Below are positions 1 to 8,823 of a DNA stretch of 64,000 nucleotides, in pieces (positions within the stretch are counted from its first letter, which is position 1; each line of letters starts with the position of its first letter). A program made the position numbers and the translations under genes. The DNA is taken from the NCBI GenBank assembly GCA_017962105.1, contig JAGCVY010000052.1:983-64982 (forward strand), in the 5' to 3' direction. Source of the DNA: Lachnospiraceae bacterium. Lineage in GTDB: Bacteria > Bacillota > Clostridia > Lachnospirales > Lachnospiraceae. The notes beneath the pieces were generated by a model, which saw nothing but the letters and a program-made list of their open reading frames with translations, made no database searches and had not been told where the DNA came from.

Positions 1-1369
1 TGGAAAGACCTATGCCGCTGCCGCCGTACTCCCGGCTGCGGGCTTTGTCCACCTTGTAGAATTTCGTCCAGATCTTGTCAATCTCATCCTCCGGGATCGG
101 TTCTCCGGTGTTGTATACGGACACGCGGATCGAACCCTCGGTATCGGAGAGGGAGACAGCGATCTCTTTCTGTTTGGATGCGTAATGAATGGCGTTGCTG
201 ATATAGTTCGTCACAACCTCCTCGATCATGTACTCATCAGCCCAAACATACACCGGATCCGTCTCATGCCAGTGCAGCGTGATCTCCTTCTGTGTGCGGA
301 GCACCTCCGTGGAATTCAGCACCCCGTTGATCAGGCTCACGATATCAAATCGCTCGTACTCCACCTGGTTTCCGCCGAACTCCAGCTGGGTGAGGGTCAT
401 CAGCTTCTGGACCATACGGTTCATCTTGCCTGCCTCGTCGGAGATGACGCCGCAGTAGAATTCCCTGCTCTCCGCGTCATCGGAGACATTTTCCGCCAAC
501 CCCTCCGCGTATCCCTGGATCAGCGCAATCGGCGTCTTCAGTTCATGGGATACGTTCGCTATGAAATCCGATCTCATCTCATCGAGCTGCGTGCGGTAAT
601 CCAGATCCCGCTGCAGTTCGCTGTTGGCATTCTTCAGTTCCCCGATGGTCTCCTGCAGCCGCTCGGAAAGGCGGTTGAGGGACCCCGCGAGAACGCCGAT
701 CTCATCGCCTCCGTGCTCGGTGCACCGCGCGTCGAAATCCAGACCCGCCATGCGCTCCGCCACCTCGGACATCTGCCGGATCGGCTTCGTAACGGTACGG
801 CTCACCAAAAAGGCTACCACCACCGAAACGATCAGGACCGCGACGCCGACCAGAAGGAGCCGGTCGGTTATATAGCGGTTGTCGCTCTCCATCTGCATGT
901 AGCTGGCACGGATCAGCACGGTAAATCCGTTGCTGAGCTTCCCGTACAGGTCAAGGCTCATCAGATTGGTCGTTTCGTCAATATTTTTGTAGACGGCGTA
1001 CCGCTCCGTCCGCACGATCTCCGACACCGAGTCCGAATTGCTGTACCCGGTGTAGCGCAGGATGGGATCCATGTACCAGTTGTCCGTGCTGGAGTTGTAG
1101 CTCGCCCTCGTCTCCGAGTTGTACATGAACACCATGTACTGCTGCCCGATGCGCACCGTGATGGCGTTGCGCTCGTCGCGCTGGATTGCGGTTTTCCCCT
1201 CCATGATGCTGTCCATCTCCCGGTAGCATTCCTCGATCTCATTGACAATCTTCCGAAACGAAAAATCATCGATCAGGATTCGGAACAACAGCCACATGGC
1301 GCCGAGACTCGCGATGATCATCACCGCAAATGTCAGCATCATTTTGGAACGAAACGATATCTTCTTCAT
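1..1369 (-). CDS. Two-component sensor histidine kinase (partial; C-terminus lies beyond the left window edge)
   Basis: Missing from the ORF track because no stop codon falls inside the window. My minus-strand translation from ATG 1369-1367 gives MKKISFRSKMMLTFAVMIIASLGAMWLLF (TM), then LLLVGVAVLIVSVVVAFLVSRTVTKPIRQM (TM plus HAMP-like). It continues to the H-box FIANVSHELKTPIALIQGYAEGL and, at the window edge, FYKVDKARSREYGGSGIGLS (G2 box). It starts 15 nt after the stop of the OmpR-type regulator. The + ORF 185..1408 is its antisense shadow. Confidence 0.85.
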   Translation of the reverse strand, partial: MKKISFRSKMMLTFAVMIIASLGAMWLLFRILIDDFSFRKIVNEIEECYREMDSIMEGKTAIQRDERNAITVRIGQQYMVFMYNSETRASYNSSTDNWYMDPILRYTGYSNSDSVSEIVRTERYAVYKNIDETTNLMSLDLYGKLSNGFTVLIRASYMQMESDNRYITDRLLLVGVAVLIVSVVVAFLVSRTVTKPIRQMSEVAERMAGLDFDARCTEHGGDEIGVLAGSLNRLSERLQETIGELKNANSELQRDLDYRTQLDEMRSDFIANVSHELKTPIALIQGYAEGLAENVSDDAESREFYCGVISDEAGKMNRMVQKLMTLTQLEFGGNQVEYERFDIVSLINGVLNSTEVLRTQKEITLHWHETDPVYVWADEYMIEEVVTNYISNAIHYASKQKEIAVSLSDTEGSIRVSVYNTGEPIPEDEIDKIWTKFYKVDKARSREYGGSGIGLS

Positions 1370-1383
1370 GCCTTTTCCCGCCG

Positions 1384-2058
1384 TCAAATCTCCGGATCAA
1401 ACTTGTAGCCCATCCCCCAGATGGTCTTGATATAGTCGCCCTTCGCCCCCATCTTGCTGCGCAGCTTCTTCACATGCGTATCGATGGTGCGGGCGTCCCC
1501 GTAGTAATCGTAATTCCATACGTTGTTGAGGATTTTCTCCCGCGACAGCGCCACGCCGCGGTTCTCCATAAAGTAGCTCAAAAGCTCAAACTCCTTGACA
1601 CTCAAGTCCACCGGCGCGTCGTCGATCTTCACCAAATGCGCCGTCTTGTCCACGACGATGCCGCCCAGGGAGATCGTTTCCTCGTCCTGCCCGGTCCTGC
1701 GGAGGATCGCATCGATCCGCGCCATCAGGATCTTCGGACTGAAGGGTTTGCTGATGTACTCGTCAACGCCGAGTTTGAAGCCCAGAAGCTCATCCCTCTC
1801 CTCCGATCGCGCCGTCAGCATGATGATCGGCACCTTGGAGTACTGGCGGATCTCCTTGCAGACGGCCCAGCCGTCCATCTTGGGCATCATCACATCCAAA
1901 ATCACAAGATCGATATTCTTGTTCTCAAAAAACTTGTCGACGGCCTGCTCGCCGTCCTCGGCCTCGATGAAGCTGTACCCCTTCTTCTGAAGAAAGTCGC
2001 ACACCAGCTTGCGCATGCGCGCCTCGTCGTCAACCACCAATACCGTAATTTCTTCCAT
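1384..2058 (-). CDS. OmpR/PhoB-family response regulator
   Basis: 224 aa. Receiver motifs are VLVVDDE and DLVILDVMMPKMDG. The winged-helix output shows LSVKEFELLSYFMENRGVALSREKIL ... TIDTHVKKLRSKMG ... IWGMGYKF. A GGAGGAGG RBS lies upstream of ATG 2058. Confidence 0.95.
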   Translation of the reverse strand: MEEITVLVVDDEARMRKLVCDFLQKKGYSFIEAEDGEQAVDKFFENKNIDLVILDVMMPKMDGWAVCKEIRQYSKVPIIMLTARSEERDELLGFKLGVDEYISKPFSPKILMARIDAILRRTGQDEETISLGGIVVDKTAHLVKIDDAPVDLSVKEFELLSYFMENRGVALSREKILNNVWNYDYYGDARTIDTHVKKLRSKMGAKGDYIKTIWGMGYKFDPEI

Positions 2059-2152
2059 CCCTTTTTCCTCCTCCGGAAAATGTCTTTCGTTTCATTGTAC
2101 CACGGTTATATGTTCGTTCTGTGAATGTATCGTGTTGTCTTAGGGTGCTGTC

Positions 2153-2992
2153 TTATTTTTCCCCGTAGTGGAACACCCGGACCTTGGAGATCAGGATCGC
2201 GGGGTTCGGCCGGAATTTCGACGTCACCTTCGTCTCCATAACCGCGTCGAGCACATCGTACCCCTCATAGATCTGCCCGAATACCGTATTGTGTCCGTAC
2301 AGCCACGGCGCGCCGCCGTACGTCTCATAAAGCTGCAGCTGTTCCTCCGTAACCTCCGTGCCGTAGGCTTCCTTGAGGTACTGCGACAGCGTGATGTTAT
2401 ACCGGTTGTCCAGCGGATCCTTCAACCCGCGCACCACAGCAGCCTTCGTCTGAACGAAGAAAAACTGTATGGTGTTCGTGGAATCCTCTCCCAGATTGGC
2501 CATGCACAGCGAACCGCGGATCGGCGCCAGGCGCTCGGATATCTCGTTGGCAAATCCGCCGCCGTAGATGCTCTTCCCGCTCAGTCCGAGGCCGTCCTTA
2601 TCCCCTGCCTGCATCATGTAGTCCCCGACGACGCGGTTGATGGGAATCCCGTCATAAGCGCCGTTCTCGGAGAGGGTTTTGAAGTTCTCCACCGCCTTGC
2701 GCGCATCCTCGGAGAAGAGTCGGACGAAGATCGATCCGTACCCGTCGATGACAATCTCCGCGCACAGTTCCCCCTGGGCCGGCGTCTGGAGCTGGTAGAT
2801 GCTCTGGGCTGCCGGCAGAAGCGCCGGCTCGGTATCGTCGTCCTCCCAGGGCGTCGGCGTCACCGTGCCGGTGGGCGTCCCGTTGTTCGTGCCGTTGGAA
2901 GGCTTCTTCGTGCAGGCGGTGAGCCCCGCGAGAAATGCGGCCAGAACCAGCACCGTAATTGAAAATTCAATTGTCCGCCGTCCTCTGTCCAT
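2153..2992 (-). CDS. Cyclophilin-type peptidyl-prolyl cis-trans isomerase, predicted lipoprotein
   Basis: 279 aa with a signal peptide and lipobox LAGLTAC. The cyclophilin core reads FVRLFSEDARKAVENFKTLSENGAYDGIPINRVVGDYMMQAGD ... GSLCMANLGEDSTNTIQFFFV. Confidence 0.9.
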   Translation of the reverse strand: MDRGRRTIEFSITVLVLAAFLAGLTACTKKPSNGTNNGTPTGTVTPTPWEDDDTEPALLPAAQSIYQLQTPAQGELCAEIVIDGYGSIFVRLFSEDARKAVENFKTLSENGAYDGIPINRVVGDYMMQAGDKDGLGLSGKSIYGGGFANEISERLAPIRGSLCMANLGEDSTNTIQFFFVQTKAAVVRGLKDPLDNRYNITLSQYLKEAYGTEVTEEQLQLYETYGGAPWLYGHNTVFGQIYEGYDVLDAVMETKVTSKFRPNPAILISKVRVFHYGEK

Positions 2993-3082
2993 AGAAAAAA
3001 CGATTGCTCCTTTAGCTGAATTCTTCCCCTGACCAAACTGTCCCTCACAATACCATAATGTTATACCAAAAGCGGTTTTTTT

Positions 3083-3120
3083 GCAAGCAAAACAGCGGAT
3101 CCCCCCGCAGAAGGATCCGC
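3083..3120 (-). terminator. Intrinsic terminator downstream of serpin 1
   Basis: Arms GCGGATCC (3095-3102) and GGATCCGC (3113-3120) form a hairpin. On the minus strand it is followed by TGTTTTGCTTGC. Confidence 0.55.
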
Positions 3121-3148
3121 TGCAGCCGTATCATTTTTCGATTTGGTA

Positions 3149-4528
3149 TCACTCGTATGTTCCGATAAAAACCGGAAGTCCGTCGGCGTCCACGATCATA
3201 TAGACAAACGGACGGTCAAGGGTCACATAAAAGATCTGCGGCTGCTCGATGGAGGTGGCCGTATCCATGAGGATCGCGGTCACCGCTGCCGCCTTCGTTC
3301 CCTCGTTGTCCACGCTGATGAACGTCTTGTGGAGAACGCTGTTGACAAAGGTGTTTCCATCCTTGTAATCCATCAGCTTCGTGAAGTCCGCAAGGTCCTG
3401 ATCGAAAGCGTTCTTCATGCCGAGCTGCTGCAGGGCATCGTTGAGGGTGACGGTATATTCCTCCTTGTACTTCGGAAGACCGATATGGACTTCGCCGGAC
3501 CGTTTGGTCTGCCAAAGTTCCTTCACAATGCCGGGCTTCAGGGATTCCGTCAGCTGGGCAAGGCTCACGCCCTCCTTCGGCAGGAGTGCCACATAGGAGA
3601 ATTCGCCGCCCTGATATGCCTTTGTGAAGCCGGTAGCCAGGTCATTTTCCAAAAGCCCGTAATCGGCCTCGCCGAACATCATCTCCACCTTCTTGGTGGT
3701 TCCGTCTTCCCTCGTAAAGGTGTAATCCTCGCGGATGTAGTCCGTCTTGAAGGGATCCGCCCATTTGGCGTCCAGCGCGATGGCGTTGAGAAGGATCATC
3801 GACGCCGACGGGGAGAGCTCGTCAAGGATCTTGTCGATCATCCCCATGGTGTTATCGAAGACCCACTGGTTCACGGCGCTGATCGTCGATCCGTCCATCG
3901 GTGTGGAGTACACCGACGCTTTGTAGTACTTGGCGCAGGCATCCAGAAACTCCTTCGGGACATAACTCTCCAGGGAGTTCCTGATCCAGATGGAGTCGGC
4001 GTTAGTGAACTTCGCACCCGCCGCGCTTCCGCCGGTGAGCTTCGCGATCCAGGACGCCATGTAGGCGTTCCGCTCCTCCGCCGTCAGTCCCAAAACCGCG
4101 TCGATCTGCGCAAGGGTCTCGGCGTCCGCACCGTTGTCGAGCATAGCCAGAGCGGTGTAGATGGAGAACGGGGAGATCATTTTCGTGGAGCCCGTCCCCA
4201 TGAGGCCGAACATCTTATAGGCAAATGTCTCATAGGCCGTCCGCATCTTGTCGTCCATGGCCTTTGTCTCAGGCGCTTCCCCCGAGGAACCTGCGGTCAG
4301 GTTCCTGGATTCGCCGGAAACCGGCGCTCCGGTGGGCTTTGCCGGATCTGTCGGCGAAGGCTCGGACGGTTTCTCCGTCGGCGTGGGTTCTGACGGCTTC
4401 TCCGTCACCTTCTTCTCCTTTCGCTCGCCGCCGTTGTTCTCAGCGGCTCCGCAGCCGGTGCATCCCGCAACCAGCACTACTGCACACAGGATTGCGAGCA
4501 GTCTTCTCATTTTCCTCATTACCAACAT
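3149..4528 (-). CDS. Serpin (serine protease inhibitor family), lipoprotein, paralog 1
   Basis: 459 aa with lipobox LVAGC and then a Pro/Thr/Glu/Ser-rich tether. Serpin core motifs include SPFSIYTALAMLDNGA. The hinge plus RCL reads NEGTKAAAVTAILMDTATSIEQPQIFYVTLDRPFVYMIV. ATG 4528 is preceded by an AAGGAG RBS. Confidence 0.9.
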   Translation of the reverse strand: MLVMRKMRRLLAILCAVVLVAGCTGCGAAENNGGERKEKKVTEKPSEPTPTEKPSEPSPTDPAKPTGAPVSGESRNLTAGSSGEAPETKAMDDKMRTAYETFAYKMFGLMGTGSTKMISPFSIYTALAMLDNGADAETLAQIDAVLGLTAEERNAYMASWIAKLTGGSAAGAKFTNADSIWIRNSLESYVPKEFLDACAKYYKASVYSTPMDGSTISAVNQWVFDNTMGMIDKILDELSPSASMILLNAIALDAKWADPFKTDYIREDYTFTREDGTTKKVEMMFGEADYGLLENDLATGFTKAYQGGEFSYVALLPKEGVSLAQLTESLKPGIVKELWQTKRSGEVHIGLPKYKEEYTVTLNDALQQLGMKNAFDQDLADFTKLMDYKDGNTFVNSVLHKTFISVDNEGTKAAAVTAILMDTATSIEQPQIFYVTLDRPFVYMIVDADGLPVFIGTYE

Positions 4529-4550
4529 GGTTTTCTCTCCTTTTCCTCTT

Positions 4551-5900
4551 TCAACGGTAAGTTCCGATAAACAACGGCAGATTGTTGCCGTCGACGATCA
4601 TATATACAAAGGGACGGTCCAGCTTCACAGTACGGGTTTTCTCCATCCCCAGGTTTCTCATGGTGACCGCCGTGACTGCCGCTGCCTTGGTTCCCTCGTT
4701 GTCCAGACTTAAGTATGTCTTGTGGATCACCCGGTCGATCTTGGCACCGGTGCGGATCATCCGCGTAAAATCCGCCTTCCCGAAGCTGAATGCATCGCCC
4801 ATCCCGAGTGCCGCAAGGATATCCTGAAGCTCTTGTTTATACTCCGTGGTATACTTCGGGATCCAGAGGTTCACCGTGACCGTTTCCGCCCCGGAGAACA
4901 GGGAGTCCACGCTCCCGGGAGTCAGGGACGCGATCGCCTCCTCCATGCTCACGCCGTCCTTCGGAAGAAGCGCCACATACCGGAATTCCCCGCCCTGATA
5001 GCTCTTCGCGCAGCCGGTAAAATACTCATTTTCCAGATAACACCGGTCGGCCTCTCCATGCATCATCGCAACCGTCTCTTCCCTGCCGTCCCCGTGGATG
5101 AACACCCCGTTTGCATCAATCCTCTCGGTGTCAAAGGGAATCGCCCATTTGGCGTCTAAGGTGATGGCGTTGACCAGCACCGCGACGATTTCCGAATACA
5201 GATCCCCATGCTCCAGGATCGCAGGGATCATCTCCTTCGTATTTTTGTTTGTCCAGTCGTTGATATCGTCAACGGTCTTGTCATTCATATCCGCAGCGTA
5301 TACCTCCGCGCGGTAGGAATCCGCACAGGCCTTGAGGAATTCGTCAAGGACCTCCTCGCGGAAGCGGTTGTTCACCCAGACGGAATCCGCGCAGGTAAAC
5401 GCAACCTTATCCTGCCCGGTCAGGGCAGCAATCCACGCAGCCATAAACGCATTACGGCCGGCCTCGTCCAGCCCGAGAATCTCGTTCATCTGCGCCGCCG
5501 TGTTCCCGTTTGCCCCGCAGGCAACCATGGACAGTGCCGTGTATACGGAAAATGGCGAGATCAGGCAGTTCCCCGAAGCCCCGTTCTGACTCTTCACACA
5601 GGAGTTGAACAGCCGGTAGGCGAAGTCCGCGTAGGCTTTCCGCATCGTCTCATCCATCGGCTTTTCGGCCGGTGCCGTTCCCGAGCTTCCGGTGAGCACC
5701 TTCGTTCCCAGCGCCGTCTCCTGCACGCTGTCCGTGGGCGTGGTCTCCGGAGTGCCGGTGGGCGAGGCTGCCGGTGCGGATTCCTGTTTTTTGTCTTCCG
5801 GTTTTGTCTCCGCCGGCCCGTCCTTTCCGCACGCCGCGCATGCGATCATCATCAACCCCGCCAGTAACAGCGCTGTTATCTGTCTCATTTTTCTTCTCAT
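4551..5900 (-). CDS. Serpin, lipoprotein, paralog 2
   Basis: 449 aa with a signal peptide ending MMIACAACG. The core shows SPFSVYTALSMVACGA. The hinge plus RCL reads NEGTKAAAVTAVTMRNLGMEKTRTVKLDRPFVYMIV. A GAGGGG RBS lies inside the end of serpin 3. Confidence 0.9.
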   Translation of the reverse strand: MRRKMRQITALLLAGLMMIACAACGKDGPAETKPEDKKQESAPAASPTGTPETTPTDSVQETALGTKVLTGSSGTAPAEKPMDETMRKAYADFAYRLFNSCVKSQNGASGNCLISPFSVYTALSMVACGANGNTAAQMNEILGLDEAGRNAFMAAWIAALTGQDKVAFTCADSVWVNNRFREEVLDEFLKACADSYRAEVYAADMNDKTVDDINDWTNKNTKEMIPAILEHGDLYSEIVAVLVNAITLDAKWAIPFDTERIDANGVFIHGDGREETVAMMHGEADRCYLENEYFTGCAKSYQGGEFRYVALLPKDGVSMEEAIASLTPGSVDSLFSGAETVTVNLWIPKYTTEYKQELQDILAALGMGDAFSFGKADFTRMIRTGAKIDRVIHKTYLSLDNEGTKAAAVTAVTMRNLGMEKTRTVKLDRPFVYMIVDGNNLPLFIGTYR

Positions 5901-5903
5901 ATG

Positions 5904-7172
5904 TCACCCCTCATAGGTTCCCAGGAAGATCGGGATCCCCTGATAATTGATGGTGTAGATAAACGGGCGGTCCAGACGGACCGTGATCTCGTCCGGATAG
6001 TCCATCGGAGCCGCGGCCTTTTCCATCATGATCGTAGCTGCCGCCGCTTTTGTTCCCTCTTCGTCGACCTCCACCTTTGTCTTGTGCAGCACTTCCCCGA
6101 GAACGATCACCCGGTCGTCGGAAATGCTGTCAAGTCCGGTGCTGAACGGTGCGGTGAATCCCATCTCCATGAGAATATCCGCCATATTGTCACAAAAGTA
6201 TTCGCTTGTGAATTCCGGCAGCTGGAGGGTGATCTTCGCCTCATGACGCTTGCCGTAACCGTTCATCCCGTACAGATACTGCGACGACATCTGCGCAAGA
6301 AGCTCTTCCACCGTCACCCCTTCCCGCGGCTGATAGACGCTGAAGGAAAAGTATCCGTCCTTGTAGGACTTTCTTACCTGAGTACACCATTCATCCTGAT
6401 AGTAGCTTCCGCTGTAGGTTTCCGTCATAAGGTCCACAGTCCCCGTCTTCGTTCCCGAAGCATCGTAAAATGCGGCACCCTTCTCGGTCTTCTCCTTATC
6501 AAACGGATCTGCCCACTTTTGGTCAAACAAAACGGCGTTGACCAGAACGAGGTTCCCGGGAATCCCTCCGTCATTCAACATTTTCTCGATCATGCCGTCG
6601 GTGTTATTCATGATCCACAGATTGATATCGTCAACCGTCGACTGATCGAACGGAGCCTTGAACACGCCGGCCCGGTATGCGTTCGCGCACATCTGCAGAT
6701 ACTCTTTTTTCACCGAATCGGCAAAACTGTCACGGAGCCAGACGGAATCCGCGATCCGAAGGCCTTCGTTCCCGTTCACCTCCGACAGTAACGTGGCGAG
6801 ATAACGGTTCATCACGTCCCTGGAAAACCCGAATTTCTCCTCCATCTGGGCAAGGGTTTCCCCGGAGGCTCCATTCTCCGCCATACCCAGGGCAAACATC
6901 ACCGAGAGCGGCGACACAGCCATGGTCTTGCCTGCCGATTTCCGGGTGAGCTGAAACATTTCGACCGCGAAATCCAGATACTTCAACTCGAAGGTTTCGT
7001 TGATCTCCAGCGGTTCCAGCCCCGTACCCGACGACGAGGATCCCGGCTCAATGAGCGCCTCGGCCCCGATGTATTGTTCGCTGCCACATCCGGCGAACGC
7101 GGTTACAAGCACCGCGGCAAGCAACAGGGCGAGTCCCTTTTTCATCCTCTGTCTGATTTTTGTTCCGTGCAT
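5904..7172 (-). CDS. Serpin, lipoprotein, paralog 3
   Basis: The track ORF is 5904..7238. I prefer ATG 7172 (MHGTKIRQRMKKGLALLLAAVLVTAFAGCGS) because GGAGGAGG lies about 6 nt upstream. Lipobox is FAGC. The hinge plus RCL reads EEGTKAAAATIMMEKAAAPMDYPDEITVRLDRPFIYTI. Confidence 0.85.
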   Translation of the reverse strand: MHGTKIRQRMKKGLALLLAAVLVTAFAGCGSEQYIGAEALIEPGSSSSGTGLEPLEINETFELKYLDFAVEMFQLTRKSAGKTMAVSPLSVMFALGMAENGASGETLAQMEEKFGFSRDVMNRYLATLLSEVNGNEGLRIADSVWLRDSFADSVKKEYLQMCANAYRAGVFKAPFDQSTVDDINLWIMNNTDGMIEKMLNDGGIPGNLVLVNAVLFDQKWADPFDKEKTEKGAAFYDASGTKTGTVDLMTETYSGSYYQDEWCTQVRKSYKDGYFSFSVYQPREGVTVEELLAQMSSQYLYGMNGYGKRHEAKITLQLPEFTSEYFCDNMADILMEMGFTAPFSTGLDSISDDRVIVLGEVLHKTKVEVDEEGTKAAAATIMMEKAAAPMDYPDEITVRLDRPFIYTINYQGIPIFLGTYEG

Positions 7173-7353
7173 AAAGCACCTCCTCCCACAACCCGTCGGT
7201 CTCTCTCCGACCATTGTATACCCAAGATACGACCGCACACAAGGTTTTTATGGGATGGCACACACTGCAATTGTGTAAAGTTTGTGAAAAAAGAATTGTG
7301 CCCGTTTCCCTTTACTTTACGAGGAATCTGTGCTATCATACGTTTCGTTGTCA

Positions 7354-7426
7354 GCGCTTGTAGCTCAGTGGATAGAGTAGTGGCTTCCGAAGCCAATGGT
7401 CGGGGGTTCGAATCCCTTCAGGCGCA
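7354..7426 (+). tRNA. tRNA-Arg (anticodon CCG)
   Basis: Hand-folded 73 nt cloverleaf. Acceptor is GCGCTTG/CAGGCGC (one G-U pair), D arm GCTC-AGTGGATA-GAGT, anticodon loop TTCCGAA and T loop TTCGAAT. CCA is not encoded. Confidence 0.85.
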
Positions 7427-7433
7427 CACACAG

Positions 7434-7467
7434 GAAGGCCCGCGGATTCCGCAGGCCTTCTTTTTTT
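7434..7467 (+). terminator. Intrinsic terminator after tRNA-Arg
   Basis: GAAGGCCCGC ... GCAGGCCTTC stem-loop followed by TTTTTTT (7461-7467). Confidence 0.75.
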
Positions 7468-7506
7468 GTCCCGGCGGGATTGACCCGCCGCCTCTGTTTT
7501 CACCAT

Positions 7507-8451
7507 TCAGGCGCCCATCTGCAGCTGATGGCGGAACTCCTCCGGCATCAGATTCTCAAACTCCTCGTAGCTGTACACCTCATCCGAGAGAACCTCCTGC
7601 GGCGGGACCTGCGTCTCGTTGATCTGACGCACCATCGCCCGCAGCCTGTCCCGGTCTGCCATCTGCGATACCGGAACGAGGATGACTTCGTGGATGCTGG
7701 AGGGCAGGATCCAGAAGTCCTCTCCGATCCGTTCCCGGAAGCCGTCAAGGAACGGAATGTCCAACAGTGCCGAGGCCCCCATATGGCTCTGCCGGTTGGT
7801 CAGGACATACATGGGAAACTCCTCCGGTTCGGCCTCCGTCAGTTCCTCCTCCGAAAGCCCGGCAAATCTCCCTCCGTTCTCCCTGACGATCTCCAGAATG
7901 ACATCCTCGATATTCCGGAGTACCGGCGGCACCTCCCTCGCGGAATTCTCCACCGCCAGCTGTGTCAGCTCCTCCGTGGTAACCCCCCAGAACTCCGCCT
8001 GCTCATCCGTCACCCGGACCGACCCCAGGCGCCGGTCGTCCGTGTTCACGACCCACTGGAATCCCACCGCCAGGTCGCCGATCTCGATGTGCGGCATGTG
8101 CATCAACTCCTCCTCGTTCATCCCCCGGTTGATGACGCGGAACAAAATCTTGTCGCGGATGTCGGAAAATTCAAAGCTCGGCGCCTCCTTCCAGGGCTCC
8201 CGGTTCTTCTGATAAATCTGCGTCACCTCCTCCGCGATATGGGCGATGGTCCGCCCCTCCGCGTACTGCTCATAGTACGGATTGAGGTACACTGTCGGCG
8301 CGATCGCGGAATCCGGTCTGCGGATCAGCATTCCGTCCATTGTGATATTGTTGTTCTTGCGAACGGTTTTCATCGTAATCTCGTATTCTTCCCCTAACAA
8401 ATTCCGCGCATGCTCGCACACACATACACAAAATTCCTGAAAATTTTTCAT
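7507..8451 (-). CDS. DUF5688-like protein
   Basis: The track ORF starts at GTG 8460; I prefer ATG 8451 (MKNFQEF...). The N-terminus MKNFQEFCVCVCEHARNLLGEEYEITMKTVRKNNNITMDGMLIRRPDSAIAPTVYLNPYYEQY matches my recollection of DUF5688 proteins from Clostridia. The family call is from memory only. Confidence 0.6.
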   Translation of the reverse strand: MKNFQEFCVCVCEHARNLLGEEYEITMKTVRKNNNITMDGMLIRRPDSAIAPTVYLNPYYEQYAEGRTIAHIAEEVTQIYQKNREPWKEAPSFEFSDIRDKILFRVINRGMNEEELMHMPHIEIGDLAVGFQWVVNTDDRRLGSVRVTDEQAEFWGVTTEELTQLAVENSAREVPPVLRNIEDVILEIVRENGGRFAGLSEEELTEAEPEEFPMYVLTNRQSHMGASALLDIPFLDGFRERIGEDFWILPSSIHEVILVPVSQMADRDRLRAMVRQINETQVPPQEVLSDEVYSYEEFENLMPEEFRHQLQMGA

Positions 8452-8572
8452 AGCAAACACACACCCGGATAGTTTCCCCGGGTCCTTTCCCCAATATAGT
8501 CATAATCGTTGTACGCCTCTGCGTACCGTATCAATCTCACGCGTGGATCTGTCCGGGCGAACGCCCCGAAAT

Positions 8573-8604
8573 ACAAAAAAGAGCTGCCGGGATTCCGGCA
8601 GCTC
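8573..8604 (-). terminator. Intrinsic terminator (minus strand)
   Basis: Perfect 10-bp stem GAGCTGCCGG (8581-8590) / CCGGCAGCTC (8595-8604) with a 4-nt loop. On the minus strand it is followed by TTTTTTGT. It lies about 220 nt downstream of the GGDEF/EAL-like gene. Confidence 0.7.
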
Positions 8605-8823
8605 CGATTGTATCATACCCTGTTCTCTCTCCGCAAGGGAGAGGGCCATTTTCCGACTGAGAAGATAGCCTGTCATTTTTGTTCAATACATCCTCTTTTT
8701 TTCTCCTGCGGGGCACGCTTTCCGCGGAGTGCGGATGGCAGCGCCGGCATTCGCTGTGCGTTGTGAACAAAGAGGACTCTTGCGGCTGTACAACAGTGAC
8801 AAAAATAGAAGAAATCTGAATTT

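Noticed and set aside
185-1408. Long + strand ORF (407 aa), and the same pattern elsewhere: 3143..4393 +, 8830..10080 +, 12558..14153 +, 17792..18688 +, 23661..25796 +, 40133..41665 +, 48281..49540 +, 50096..52090 +, 53048..53965 +, 57321..58322 + and 59518..61017 -.
   Set aside because: Each lies antisense to a gene with unmistakable family motifs (kinase, serpin, htpG, glgB, sigA, transglutaminase protein, gltX and others). Their translations are Arg/His/Gly/Leu-rich with no motifs. These are the usual stop-poor shadow frames of high-GC DNA.
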